64,000 nt of DNA from Arcobacteraceae bacterium (GCA_048268245.1 JBLWVX010000006.1:45416-109415), one strand, 5' to 3'. Positions 19,259-30,300 are shown, counted from the first letter of the stretch. The notes: generated from the letters alone by a model not told the origin. Numbers and translations are program-made.

Positions 19259-21844
19259 TTGAAACAACTTTATAGATCATACGCCCAGTCAACAGAAATT
19301 TTTAAAGATTTAGAAAAGAAGTATCCAAAGTACATCAAGCTTGAATCAATTGGACAAACTTGGGAAAAAAGAGATATAAATTTAATTACAATATCAAAAG
19401 ATATAGAAACAGCTTCAACTAGACCTGCCTTATTTTATACAGGAACTATTCATGCTAGAGAATGGATTGGTCATGAATTAGCAATTGAATTTGCAACTTA
19501 TATTTTAGAAAATCATGATAATGACCCCATTCTTAAGTTCTATTTAGAACATGCAACAATTTATATGGTTCCTTGTGTTAATCCTGATGGTTATGAATAT
19601 TCAAGAAATCATTTTTCTTTTTGGAGAAAAAACAGGCGTGTAAATGCTAATGGAACCTATGGAGTGGATTTAAATAGAAACTTTCCAATAGGTTTTGTAA
19701 AATCAACACTCACTACTTCAAATGTATATGGAGGTCCCGAGCCATTTAGTGAACCTGAAACTCAAGCTTTAAAAAAATTTGTTGAAAGTCATGAGAATAT
19801 AACAATAGCCTTAGATTATCATTCTCAAGGAAATGTGTTTTTCCCTGCTCATGATTTTAGACATGAGGATACTTTTGATACAACAGATATGAATACTTTA
19901 TGTGCAAATATGGCAGAAAAAATTAGAAAAATTTCAGGTCGAGAATATGGAATACATCAAGGGAAACCACCAGCTAAGCTTATTTCAGGAAGCGGTAGAG
20001 AATTTTATTATTCAAAAGGAATAATCTCTACTGTTGTTGAAGTTGGAACTAGAAATATAAGTGATTATTTAGATGATATGAGTGAACATATTAGAGAACA
20101 TATTCCTGCACTTTTAGCTGCTGTAGCAGAAGTACCAAACTATAGTGGAAACGGTCCTAAAAGAGTTAAATCTTTTGAAGTAATTGATATAGGTTCTTCC
20201 CATGTAGAACTAAAATGGAATTATGAAGATAAAGAAAATATATACTTCGAGATTTATAGAAGTTTAAAAAATAAGTCTTTTTGTAATGATAGCAATTTAA
20301 TAGTGAGAACCCAAAAATTAGAATTTAGTGATATTAATCTTTTTTCAAATAAAGATTATTATTATAATATTAGAGCTGTAAATAGTAAAACAGGTTTAAA
20401 ATCACCTTTTTGCCCACAAATTAAAATTAGAACAAATCTTGAATATGATGAATTTAGTAGAACTTATTATGCTAGTAAAAATGAAACAGGATATGTATCT
20501 GAAAATATTAATGATAATGCAAAACATTTTGGTGTTAACTCTTTGTTTGTTGGTGTTGATGAACATAAAGGTGTTTCTTATGCAGTTATCACTATTGATA
20601 TAAAGTCTTTACCCTCAAATGCATTAATAAAACATGCAGAGTTTAATTTATATCCTATTAATAGAGTATCAACAACAATTGAAAAATATGGTGAATGGAA
20701 TGTTGCTATAGTTGATCAAACCCAAATGGGGGATATTACCGATTTTGATGATGTTGATAATATGAAAATTATTAAATATATTGGAAGACCAACTCAATCT
20801 CATCAATTAACACAAGGTATATGGAGAACTTGGGAATTCTCAGCTATGGAGTGTGAATTTCTAAAAAAGTATGTTCATAATAATAAAATAGTATTAAGAG
20901 TTGAAGGTCCAAAAGAACTTAGAATTGGAAGAACTAGACAAATGATGCAATGGGACATAGGTTATGGTAAATTTGGTTTTGGTCTTACGTATAGACCAAG
21001 CTTAGAATTAACATATACATTAAAACCTGAAATAACTGCTTTATACCCTACTTCTGTTAATACAATAAGTAAAAATGAGATAAAAGATGATGAGATAACA
21101 GCTGGTTTTGATGAAAATGGATTAAAAATTTATTCAACTTTTGAATTTAATTTATCATCATTACCACCTTATGATAAGAGCATGATTACAAAAGCATATT
21201 TTGAGTTAAATTCAACAAAAATATATATTAAAGATGACATTAGATTTCATATTGAATTTGTCGATGATAATATTGAAAAAAATTACGAAAGTATCACAAA
21301 TAGAGAAGTTATACAAAATATTGGTTATGATGTTAGTGCAGCAGAGCTTAAGAATAATCAAACACAGTATTTCATGTTTGATACATTTGCTGAAAAGACT
21401 TTAAATGAAAAGGTAAAAGATAAAGAAAGTATTTCTTTTGTCTTAAAACCTACTTCTTCAAAAAAATCAATCAAAAATAAAAAAGTATCTTGGGAAATTA
21501 AAAATATATCTTTATCACCAAAATTAATTATTGAACATATACCAAAAAGAAGAGATAGTTTAGCTCAAGTAAAAAATGCAAAGCTAATTGAAGAAAATGG
21601 AAAAGTGAAATTAACTTGGGAAAACCCTATTGATATTGATTTTGTAGGTGTAAAAGTTATAAAAAATCCATTTAGAGAGCCTTATTCTTCTCAGGATGGT
21701 CAAAAGCTTTATGCAGGTAAAGATGATTATACTTATGATGATTTTGGAGCAATGGATATTGATAAGTATTATGCTATATTTACTTATGATGATGTTCCAA
21801 ATTATAGTAAGCCTATAATATTAAAATATAATGCAAATAAGTAA
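19259..21844 (+). CDS. M14 zinc carboxypeptidase with FN3 and duplicated DNRLRE-like beta domains
   Basis: IHAREW (HxxE), NPDG, WRKN, GVDLNRNF, SEPET, DYHSQG, VEVG; TTG start after AGGAG; FN3-like VELKW...YEIYR-type and YYYNIRAVN motifs. Confidence 0.88.
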   Translation: MKQLYRSYAQSTEIFKDLEKKYPKYIKLESIGQTWEKRDINLITISKDIETASTRPALFYTGTIHAREWIGHELAIEFATYILENHDNDPILKFYLEHATIYMVPCVNPDGYEYSRNHFSFWRKNRRVNANGTYGVDLNRNFPIGFVKSTLTTSNVYGGPEPFSEPETQALKKFVESHENITIALDYHSQGNVFFPAHDFRHEDTFDTTDMNTLCANMAEKIRKISGREYGIHQGKPPAKLISGSGREFYYSKGIISTVVEVGTRNISDYLDDMSEHIREHIPALLAAVAEVPNYSGNGPKRVKSFEVIDIGSSHVELKWNYEDKENIYFEIYRSLKNKSFCNDSNLIVRTQKLEFSDINLFSNKDYYYNIRAVNSKTGLKSPFCPQIKIRTNLEYDEFSRTYYASKNETGYVSENINDNAKHFGVNSLFVGVDEHKGVSYAVITIDIKSLPSNALIKHAEFNLYPINRVSTTIEKYGEWNVAIVDQTQMGDITDFDDVDNMKIIKYIGRPTQSHQLTQGIWRTWEFSAMECEFLKKYVHNNKIVLRVEGPKELRIGRTRQMMQWDIGYGKFGFGLTYRPSLELTYTLKPEITALYPTSVNTISKNEIKDDEITAGFDENGLKIYSTFEFNLSSLPPYDKSMITKAYFELNSTKIYIKDDIRFHIEFVDDNIEKNYESITNREVIQNIGYDVSAAELKNNQTQYFMFDTFAEKTLNEKVKDKESISFVLKPTSSKKSIKNKKVSWEIKNISLSPKLIIEHIPKRRDSLAQVKNAKLIEENGKVKLTWENPIDIDFVGVKVIKNPFREPYSSQDGQKLYAGKDDYTYDDFGAMDIDKYYAIFTYDDVPNYSKPIILKYNANK

Positions 21845-21860
21845 TACTTATTTGCATTTT
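21830..21860 (+). terminator. Hairpin overlapping the M14 peptidase stop codon
   Basis: Perfect 14-bp inverted repeat AATGCAAATAAGTA-a-TACTTATTTGCATT followed by TT. Confidence 0.55.
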
Positions 21861-21904
21861 TAAAAATCACAAGTTATAATAAACCTAAAAAATTAGGAAA
21901 TAAT

Positions 21905-22405
21905 ATGATTTTGAAGTTTAAAGAATTTTATCCAAAAATAGATTCAACTGCTTGGGTAGCACCTAGTGCTGATATTATAGGTGATGTTATTATCGGCGAA
22001 AACTCTTCTGTTTGGTTTCAATGTGTAATTAGATCAGATGTAAATAAAGTTAGGATTGGCAAAAATACTAATATTCAAGATTTATCTATGATACATACAG
22101 ATACTCACACATCAACTATAATTGGAGATAATGTAACAATAGGACATAAAGTTATGCTTCATGGTTGTAAAATTGAAAATAATTGTCTTATTGGAATGAG
22201 TGCTACTATTCTTGATGATGCAATAATTGGTGAAGGTTCTATTGTTGGAGCTAACTCTTTAGTGACATCAGGGAAAAAGTTTCCACCTAAAAGTTTGATT
22301 ATGGGAAGTCCGGCTAAAGTAGTAAAACAGCTAACTGACGAAGATGTAGAAGGCTTAATTAAACATGCAGGTCATTATGTAGATTATAAAAATGATTATA
22401 GCTAA
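21905..22405 (+). CDS. Gamma carbonic anhydrase / YrdA-like hexapeptide repeat protein
   Basis: IRSDVN, TNIQD..MIH, IGHKVMLHGC, MGSPAK. Confidence 0.92.
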   Translation: MILKFKEFYPKIDSTAWVAPSADIIGDVIIGENSSVWFQCVIRSDVNKVRIGKNTNIQDLSMIHTDTHTSTIIGDNVTIGHKVMLHGCKIENNCLIGMSATILDDAIIGEGSIVGANSLVTSGKKFPPKSLIMGSPAKVVKQLTDEDVEGLIKHAGHYVDYKNDYS

Positions 22406-22427
22406 AAGAGTTTTCTTTTAGCTATAA
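22396..22427. terminator. Bidirectional terminator-like hairpin
   Basis: TTATAGCTAAAAGA-gttt-TCTTTTAGCTATAA between convergent genes. Confidence 0.65.
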
Positions 22428-22428
22428 A

Positions 22429-23352
22429 TTACTTACATTGTTTATAAGACTCTTCAAGTTTAGTGTATAAAATTTCAAAGCTTACATCTTCCATATTTTC
22501 AAGATGTGAAACCATAACTACATTATCTTCTTTTCCATTCCATTCTTTGATATATGTACCTTCTTTGTATCCATTGTCTTGTCTAAATTTATTTAAACAG
22601 TTTTTTCCAATATAAAGTTTTTGTAACCAAGTAAATGATAAACCTGATACCTTACAACATCTAAAAAACTGATCAATAAATCTTTCAACACCACTAAATG
22701 ATGGCATATTATTAGTTTCAATTGCTAAAGCTATATAAGATAGTTTTTCTGCTTCTTTTACCATAAGTTTTACATCAACTTCTGATACAGCTTCATATAT
22801 ACAATGTGTATTTACTAAAGATACAGCTTTTGGTACATTTGTTTCTTGTAATATATAAGACATTAAAAAGTGCCAAATATCAACTAATTCTACATGGATA
22901 TTTTGCATATCTGGTTTTGCATTAATATTTTTCCAGTGTTTCCAAGGAGTAGAATCAATTAATTCAGCTACTTCCATATGGATACATCTAAGCCAGTTGA
23001 TTTCTTTACCAAATTTGTTTCTTCCTAACTCCCAGTTTTTGCCATTTGTTGAATCATTTAGTTCTTTTTGTAATAAAAACATTTCTTCTAATTTGTGAGG
23101 AAATGAAGATGCTTCTTCTAACAATTCTGCTAAAGGTAAACACTCTTCTACTAAGTTATCTAATGTAGCATTATTTGGTAATTCTTTCTCACCTTTAAGT
23201 AAATGAATAATTAAAGAAATAGTATAAGGAACTTCATCTTTTTCTTCCCATTCTAAAACATCAGATGGTGTCACTCCAATGTATTGCACAAAATCTTCAA
23301 TTGATAAAAATCCTAATGATTTTATGCTGTCTTTTAAGTCTTTGTATAACAA
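22429..23352 (-). CDS. dut: Dimeric (all-alpha) dUTPase with N-terminal HTH-like extension
   Basis: LQKELND, MEVAELIDS.PWKHWK, VELVDIWHF, KNCLNKFRQDNGYK, EDN: Campylobacter/trypanosome-type dUTPase motifs. Confidence 0.88.
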   Translation of the reverse strand: MLYKDLKDSIKSLGFLSIEDFVQYIGVTPSDVLEWEEKDEVPYTISLIIHLLKGEKELPNNATLDNLVEECLPLAELLEEASSFPHKLEEMFLLQKELNDSTNGKNWELGRNKFGKEINWLRCIHMEVAELIDSTPWKHWKNINAKPDMQNIHVELVDIWHFLMSYILQETNVPKAVSLVNTHCIYEAVSEVDVKLMVKEAEKLSYIALAIETNNMPSFSGVERFIDQFFRCCKVSGLSFTWLQKLYIGKNCLNKFRQDNGYKEGTYIKEWNGKEDNVVMVSHLENMEDVSFEILYTKLEESYKQCK

Positions 23353-23726
23353 ACTTGTCTCCTAATAACATATAGTTGTATTTATTTTCGTAATAGTATC
23401 TAAAATTCCATGAATAATAGATTTTATATAAAAAGTATAATGTAACGTTATTTATATGGTTATAAACAGTTACTTAAAGTTTTTTTGTTGATAAAAATTA
23501 CATTCAAAACCACTTGAGTTCTTTACAACTCTGGAAGGTATAATTTTAGACTTAAAGCCATAAGCCTTACAACCATGGGGTCTGCCCTGCTCCCATGTAA
23601 CAAAATAATTCACACACTTTTGACAAATAATTCTTTTTTCCATGTAAGTATTTTATCAAATGTTTACTATAATAAGATTAAAGTAAAAAATAACAAATTA
23701 ATAAGTGAAAAAAAAGGCAAAAAATA

Positions 23727-25124
23727 ATGTTTACAAATATGAGCATCACTAAAAGACTTTGGGTTAATATGATTTTAACTCAAATAGGATTTGCATTTAT
23801 AAGTATAATGGCAATTTATATAGCATCCGATATTATAGCAATTATATCGATAAACATTGTTTTTGGGTTATTGATTTTTTATACAACTACAGCAGCAAGA
23901 AATAGAATACTTGGTGGTATAAACAGATTTAAAAAGTATATGAATGAAATTGTAAGTTTTACTTTTATGAGATCAAATAGTGTTGAAAAAGCAAAATTTA
24001 TCAAAAATGATGAAATTGGTCTTATTCTTCATGAAATGAATGACTACTATGACACTTTTGACAAGATGAGAAAAGAAGATATGAAAGTATTAGGAGAAAT
24101 AATTTTAACTCTTAATAAAGTAGAACAAGGTATCTTTAAATGTAGAGTTAAGTCTGATTCTGAAAACTTTATGGTTAGTGCTTTAAGAAAATCTTTAAAT
24201 CAAACACTTGATGTTTTAGAAAGAAATATGAATAATATTAAAGATACTACTACATCTTATGCAAATGATGACTTTACTAAAAAGATTGATATACCATTTG
24301 ACATTAGAGATAATATGCTTGAAGTAATGACTAGTATTAACGCTTTAGGTGATACCTTATCTGTACATGCTCAAACAAACCTAGAAAACGGACAAAGATT
24401 AGAGCAAAATGCATCAATCATGAGAAACTCTATGCATAACCTTTCAACAAAAGCAAATGAACAAGCAGCTTCTCTAGAACAAACTTCTGCTTCTTTAGAA
24501 GAAATCACTTCTATTACTAGAAATAATGCTGATAATGCTTCTAAAATGTCTAATTTAGGTAATACTGTTAGAAGTGCTGTTTCTAATGGTAGAACATTAG
24601 CTTCTCAAACTGCTGAATCTATAGAGGAGATTAATACAAAAGTATCTTCTATTAATGAAGCTATTACTATTATTGACCAAATTGCATTCCAAACAAATAT
24701 CTTATCTTTAAATGCCGCGGTTGAAGCTGCTACTGCTGGTGAAGCTGGTAAAGGTTTTGCTGTTGTTGCTCAAGAAGTTAGAAATCTAGCTTCAAGAAGT
24801 GCTGAAGCTGCTAAAGATATTAAAGATTTAGTTGAAGATGCAAATGAAAAAGCAAATGCAGGTAAAAAGATTTCAGATGAAATGATTAATGGATATGAGA
24901 CATTAAACAATCATATTAATGAGACTATTTCTATTATTGAAGATGTAAGTAACTCTTCAAAAGAACAAATGAGTGGAATTGAGCAGATTAATGATGCAGT
25001 AACAATGCTTGATAGAGTTACACAAGATAATGCGAATGAAGCGAATCATACAACAAGTATTTCAAATGAAGTATCACAAATGGCTAATTTATTAGTTGAA
25101 GATGCTAAGAGCAAAAAGTTTTAA
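23727..25124 (+). CDS. Methyl-accepting chemotaxis protein, CetA-like (two adjacent TM helices, no periplasmic domain)
   Basis: [37 protein letters not shown] signalling hairpin; N-terminal hydrophobic hairpin; DEIG HAMP-like motif. Confidence 0.93.
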   Translation: MFTNMSITKRLWVNMILTQIGFAFISIMAIYIASDIIAIISINIVFGLLIFYTTTAARNRILGGINRFKKYMNEIVSFTFMRSNSVEKAKFIKNDEIGLILHEMNDYYDTFDKMRKEDMKVLGEIILTLNKVEQGIFKCRVKSDSENFMVSALRKSLNQTLDVLERNMNNIKDTTTSYANDDFTKKIDIPFDIRDNMLEVMTSINALGDTLSVHAQTNLENGQRLEQNASIMRNSMHNLSTKANEQAASLEQTSASLEEITSITRNNADNASKMSNLGNTVRSAVSNGRTLASQTAESIEEINTKVSSINEAITIIDQIAFQTNILSLNAAVEAATAGEAGKGFAVVAQEVRNLASRSAEAAKDIKDLVEDANEKANAGKKISDEMINGYETLNNHINETISIIEDVSNSSKEQMSGIEQINDAVTMLDRVTQDNANEANHTTSISNEVSQMANLLVEDAKSKKF

Positions 25125-25134
25125 AGGATTAAAA

Positions 25135-25542
25135 ATGGCAGCAGGACAAGAGACAATATTAGATGATTATGCATTTTTAGTAAGTGAAACAGATGCAAAT
25201 GGAATAATAAGATTTGCGAACAATGATTTTTGTAGTATAGCAGAGTATTCAATAAATGAATTATTAGGACAACCACATAGTATAGTAAGACATAAAGATA
25301 TGCCGAAAAAAGCATTTAAATCATTATGGGACACAGTACAAAGAGGAGAGATTTGGACAGGATATGTAAAGAATGCTACAAAATCAGGAGGGTATTATTG
25401 GGTATATGCAACAGTATATCCATTTGAGTCATGTGATGGATCTAAAGGTTACCTGTCTTGTAGAAGAAAAGCTTCTCCTAAAGAAATCACAGCATCTGAA
25501 GAACTTTATGCTACCTGGAACAAAGAGGAAGGAAAATTTTAA
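25135..25542 (+). CDS. Stand-alone PAS sensor, Aer/CetB-like
   Basis: LVSETD, FAN..F, GQPHSIVRHKDMP, LWDTVQ, W.GYVKN, YYWV; ATG 25135 after AAGGA. Confidence 0.88.
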   Translation: MAAGQETILDDYAFLVSETDANGIIRFANNDFCSIAEYSINELLGQPHSIVRHKDMPKKAFKSLWDTVQRGEIWTGYVKNATKSGGYYWVYATVYPFESCDGSKGYLSCRRKASPKEITASEELYATWNKEEGKF

Positions 25543-26111
25543 ACCTCTACTCTACTTTGTATAGCTTTTGATAGAGATAAGATATCTACATTCTCTAGAC
25601 TAACACCTGTTGGAACACCTTGAGCTATTTTTGAAAACTGAATGTTCTTATCTTTTAACTTATCTTCTATAAATAAGATAAAAGCATCATTTGCAATTGA
25701 AGGTGTTATAGCAAATAAAACCATTTGAACTTCATTTTCAACAACAAATCTATTTAAAGCATCAATAGCTTCTTGGTCTAATTCTTCAATTACAAAATAT
25801 TTCCCATCAAACTGTTTAGAGTCTTCGATAATAAATATATCTTTCGCACTTTGAACAATACATAATTTTGTATTATCTCTTGAGTCATCTAAACAAAACT
25901 CACATATTTCATGTTCACTCATAGAGCCACATTTTACACATTTCGTTATATTTTTTAAAGCATTTTCAATACTATGAGCAATTTTAATACCGCAGTAATT
26001 GTCATTCATTACTACATGATATGCCAATCTTAGTGCAGACTTTTTACCAATAGTTGGTAGAGACTCAAAAGCCTCAACTAATTCATAAAATTTTTCTAAT
26101 CCTTTTTTCAT
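25539..26111 (-). CDS. recR: Recombination mediator RecR
   Basis: LPTIGKKSALRLA HhH, CxxC-x8-CxxC, IAQGVP.G. Confidence 0.95.
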   Translation of the reverse strand: MKKGLEKFYELVEAFESLPTIGKKSALRLAYHVVMNDNYCGIKIAHSIENALKNITKCVKCGSMSEHEICEFCLDDSRDNTKLCIVQSAKDIFIIEDSKQFDGKYFVIEELDQEAIDALNRFVVENEVQMVLFAITPSIANDAFILFIEDKLKDKNIQFSKIAQGVPTGVSLENVDILSLSKAIQSRVEV

Positions 26112-26197
26112 GGGTGGATTATATCTTATTTTTATAATATTTTAGATAAAATCGCGTAAATTAAACAAATATAAAAAATTATTTAGGAGATATTTAA

Positions 26198-27316
26198 TTG
26201 ACTGAATTAGATTATTACGAAGTATTAGAAGTAAGTAGAGATGCACAAAAAAGTGAAATTAAAAAAGCTTACAGAAAAATGGCGATGAAGTATCACCCAG
26301 ATAAAAACCCTGATGATCATGAAGCTGAAGAAAAATTTAAATCAGTAAATGAAGCATACCAGGTTTTAAGTGATGAAGAAAAAAGATCAATTTATGATAG
26401 ATATGGTAAGCAAGGCTTAGAAGGTCATGGACAAGGTGGAGGTTTCTCTGGTGGTTTCGATGATTTAAGTTCTGTATTTGAAGAGATGTTCGGTTCTGCA
26501 TTTGGTGGAGGTGGCTCTAGAAGACAAAGAAAAACATACAATTATAATTTAGATATCGCAGTTGAAGTTAAACTAGAATTTAATGAAGCTGTATTTGGAT
26601 GTAATAAAGAGATAGACTATACTTATAAAAGAGCATGTAAATCTTGTAAGGGTACAGGTGCAAAAGATGGAAAGCTATCTACTTGTAAAACTTGTGCTGG
26701 TCAAGGTCAAGTTCATACAAGACAAGGTTTTATGACTTTTGCTCAAACATGTCCAACTTGTCAAGGAACTGGTCAAGCACCTAGTGCTTCATGTAAGTCA
26801 TGTAGTGGTACTGGATATGATGAAGTTAAAGACTCATTTAAAGTTGATATACCTGAGGGTGTAAATGATGGAATGAGAATTAGAGTTTCAAATAAGGGGA
26901 ATATTGCACCAGATGGTTCAAGAGGTGACTTATATTTACAAGTAAATGTAAAAGAAGATTCTCACTTTGTTAGAAATGATGATGATATTTATCTTGAAGC
27001 GCCTATTTTCTTCACACAAGTAGCTCTTGGAGATAAAATAAAAGTTCCAGGACTTAGAGGTGAATTAGAATTAGAAATACCAGCAGGAGCTAAAGATAAG
27101 CAACAGTTTAGATTTAGAGGTGAAGGTGTTAAGTCTGTTCAAGGATATGGACAAGGAGATTTAATCGTACAAATTAAGATTGAGTATCCAAAAGCTTTAA
27201 ATGCTGAGCAAAAAGAACTACTTGAAAAATTACAAGAGAGTTTTGGTGTTGAAAGTAAACCCCATGAGTCAAGCTTTGAAAATATGTTTGACAAAGTTAA
27301 GAAGTGGTTTAGCTAA
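26198..27316 (+). CDS. dnaJ: Chaperone DnaJ
   Basis: J domain with HPD, G/F region, four CxxCxGxG repeats; TTG start after AGGAG. Confidence 0.97.
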   Translation: MTELDYYEVLEVSRDAQKSEIKKAYRKMAMKYHPDKNPDDHEAEEKFKSVNEAYQVLSDEEKRSIYDRYGKQGLEGHGQGGGFSGGFDDLSSVFEEMFGSAFGGGGSRRQRKTYNYNLDIAVEVKLEFNEAVFGCNKEIDYTYKRACKSCKGTGAKDGKLSTCKTCAGQGQVHTRQGFMTFAQTCPTCQGTGQAPSASCKSCSGTGYDEVKDSFKVDIPEGVNDGMRIRVSNKGNIAPDGSRGDLYLQVNVKEDSHFVRNDDDIYLEAPIFFTQVALGDKIKVPGLRGELELEIPAGAKDKQQFRFRGEGVKSVQGYGQGDLIVQIKIEYPKALNAEQKELLEKLQESFGVESKPHESSFENMFDKVKKWFS

Positions 27317-27390
27317 AATATAAAACACTTACTTTATTATAAACCTTGTTATAGTATAATAGATTATTATTACTATAATAAGGCTATTTA

Positions 27391-30300
27391 ATGTATAAAT
27401 ACATTTTTTTATTTTTTATTTCTATAACTACCCTATTTTCTCACTATATTGAACTTTCTACTGTTTATGATAAAACTCTTATTTTTAACAAAGAAGAGTT
27501 AAATTATATAAAAAATCATCCAATAATTGATGTTGGAGTTGAAGAAGACTGGCCACCCTTTGATTTTGTAGAAAATAGTGTTTATAAAGGAATAGCAAAA
27601 GATTATTTGGATCTAATTGAGAAAAAAAGTGGACTTAAATTTAGATATAACTATGGATATAGTTGGAGTGAACTATTAGATTTAGCAAAAAATAAGAAAA
27701 TAGATTTATTACCTATTTTATTTAAAAATAAAAAAAGAGAAGAATTTCTAGAGTTTACACAAAAAAGTTATATAAATATAAGAGATTATTTATATAGTAC
27801 TAAAAAATTTGCTTCAATAGAAAAATTAAATGGAAAAAAAATAGCAATACCTAAAGGTTATGCCCAAGAGATCTTCATAAAAAACAACTATCCTGATATT
27901 AAAATCTATTATGTTAAAGATATTTTAGAAGCAATGGATGCAGTAATTTTAAATAAAGCTGATGCTTTTATTTCTAATATTGCATTAGTTCAGTATTTAA
28001 TCAAAAAGCATAATATTAGTGGTATAAAAGCACAGTTTTTGATTAATAAGCAGAATAAACTTTATATGGCAACCCCAAAAGACTCTTTTATTTTAAAATC
28101 TATAATTGATAAATCATTAAATTTAATAAGCACTTCTGAAAAAAATTTAATTTATTCAAAATGGATAGAAAATAATAAACATATCCAAGTTAGCTTTTTT
28201 ACAAATCAAGAAGAGAGTTTTATAAATAAAAATAAAAAAATATATATTGCAAATGAATTATGCTGGATTCCCTATGATTACTATGAAAATGGCAAACCAA
28301 AAGGATTTGTTGTTGACTATATAAAACTTTTATTTTCCAAAATAGGAATTGAGCCTATTTTTGTAACTGATAAGTGGTCTGCCTTAATGGAAAAGTTCAA
28401 AAATAAAGAGATAGACCTTCTTCCTGTAGTAGCACATAACAAAAAAAGAGAAGAGTTTTTATCTTATACAAAAGAGTATTTAAAGCAAGAATTTATTTTA
28501 ATTACAAATAACTACACTAGTGATATTGTGAATATTGATGATTTAGATGGAAAAAAAGTGGCACTGGTAAAAGGTTGGACTTTAACTTCGATTATTAAAA
28601 AATATTTTCCAAGTATTGAATTAATTGAAGTTGATACTTTAAAAGATGTTTTTGATGCTGTAAAAAATAACATTGCAAATGCAACAATACAAAATAAGTT
28701 AATAGGAACTTACTATATAAATAAACACTATTCTTTAAATTTAAAAGCTGTTTCAGAAGTAAAATTAAAAGATTATAACAATAAGCTTTTTATGGGAGTA
28801 AATAAAGAGAAAGAAGAATTAGTAAATATTATAAACAAGTCAATGGACTTAATTTCTAAAAGTGAACTAGATGCTTTAAACGAAAAATGGTTAAGTATTT
28901 CCAAAGATATAAATTTTACTAGAGAAGAACAAGATTTTATAGATAATAAAATAGTTAATGTAGCATACACTGATAACTGGGCTCCAATAAGTTATGAAGA
29001 AAATGGTCAAGCATATGGTTTAGGTTTTGATTTTTGGGAATACATAGTAAAAAAGTCAAAATTAAAAGTAAATCTAAACTTCAAAAGTAATTTTACTGAA
29101 GCATTAGATGATATAAAAAACAAAAGAAATGATATCATCATAACAACTTCACAAACTAGTGATAGACAAAAGTATTCGATATTTACTGATGTATACTTTA
29201 AAGCACCATTAGGAATAGCTACTTTACAAAATAGTAACTATATTCCAGATGGTTCATATTTACTTGATAAAAGAGTTGGTGTTGGAAAGAATTATACAGC
29301 TCATAAACTATTAAAAGAAGCCTACCCTAATATGAACTTTGTATTACTTAAAAATGTACAACATGGATTTGAACTTTTATCTAATGGGAAAATAGATGCA
29401 TTAGTTGAATCAATGCCTATTTTAGCTCATAATATAAGAAAATACGCATATAGTAATATAAAAATATCAGGAAGTATAGGAATTAATTTTGATTTACAAA
29501 TGATGATAAGAGATGATTATGAAGTTCTTCAATCAATCATAAATAAAGTTTTAAATACAATGACTCCTGATGAAAAAAGAAAAATATATGAAAAATGGTC
29601 AAAGTTAGAGCATACACAAGCATTTGATTATTCTGTTTTATGGAAATACTTTTTACCATTTTTTGTAATAATATTGATTATACTTTATAAAAATAGACAA
29701 CTTTTAAATTATCAAAATAGTTTAAAGAAAACTCAAAAAGAACTTGAAAATACTGTAGAAAACTTTAGAGCTTTGATTAATCTTACTATTGAAGGAATAT
29801 TTATTATTAAAGGTAATAAGATTCTATTTTCAAATATAGAAGCTTTAATAATGTTTAATATAAATAAAAAATATTTACACAATATAGACTTTAATTCACT
29901 TTTTAAATTTAATGATGAAAAAAGTTTAACAAACATAATAAGTGAGGCAAAAACGAAAACTTACGAATTAACAGCAGTAAAAAGAAACAATAAAACTTTT
30001 CCTATTTTACTTAAGTCAAAAACGATTCTTTTTAAAGGAGAGAATTGTGATATTATTTCTGTTATTGATATGAGTGAAATTAAAGATAAAGAACAGCTTA
30101 TTATTCAACAGTCAAAAATGGCAAGTTTAGGTGAGATGATTGGAAATATTGCACATCAATGGAGACAACCTTTGAGTTTTATTTCTACAGCAGCAACTGG
30201 TATGAAATTGCAAAAAGAGTTTGATCAACTTGATGATAAAACTTTTAATGACACAATTGATAATATCGCTCAAACAACAATGTTTTTATCACAAACTATT

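Noticed and set aside
24440..25060. Repetitive-looking GCT/GAA-rich sequence inside the MCP gene
   Set aside because: It reflects heptad coiled-coil coding of the conserved MCP signalling domain, not a DNA repeat or CRISPR array
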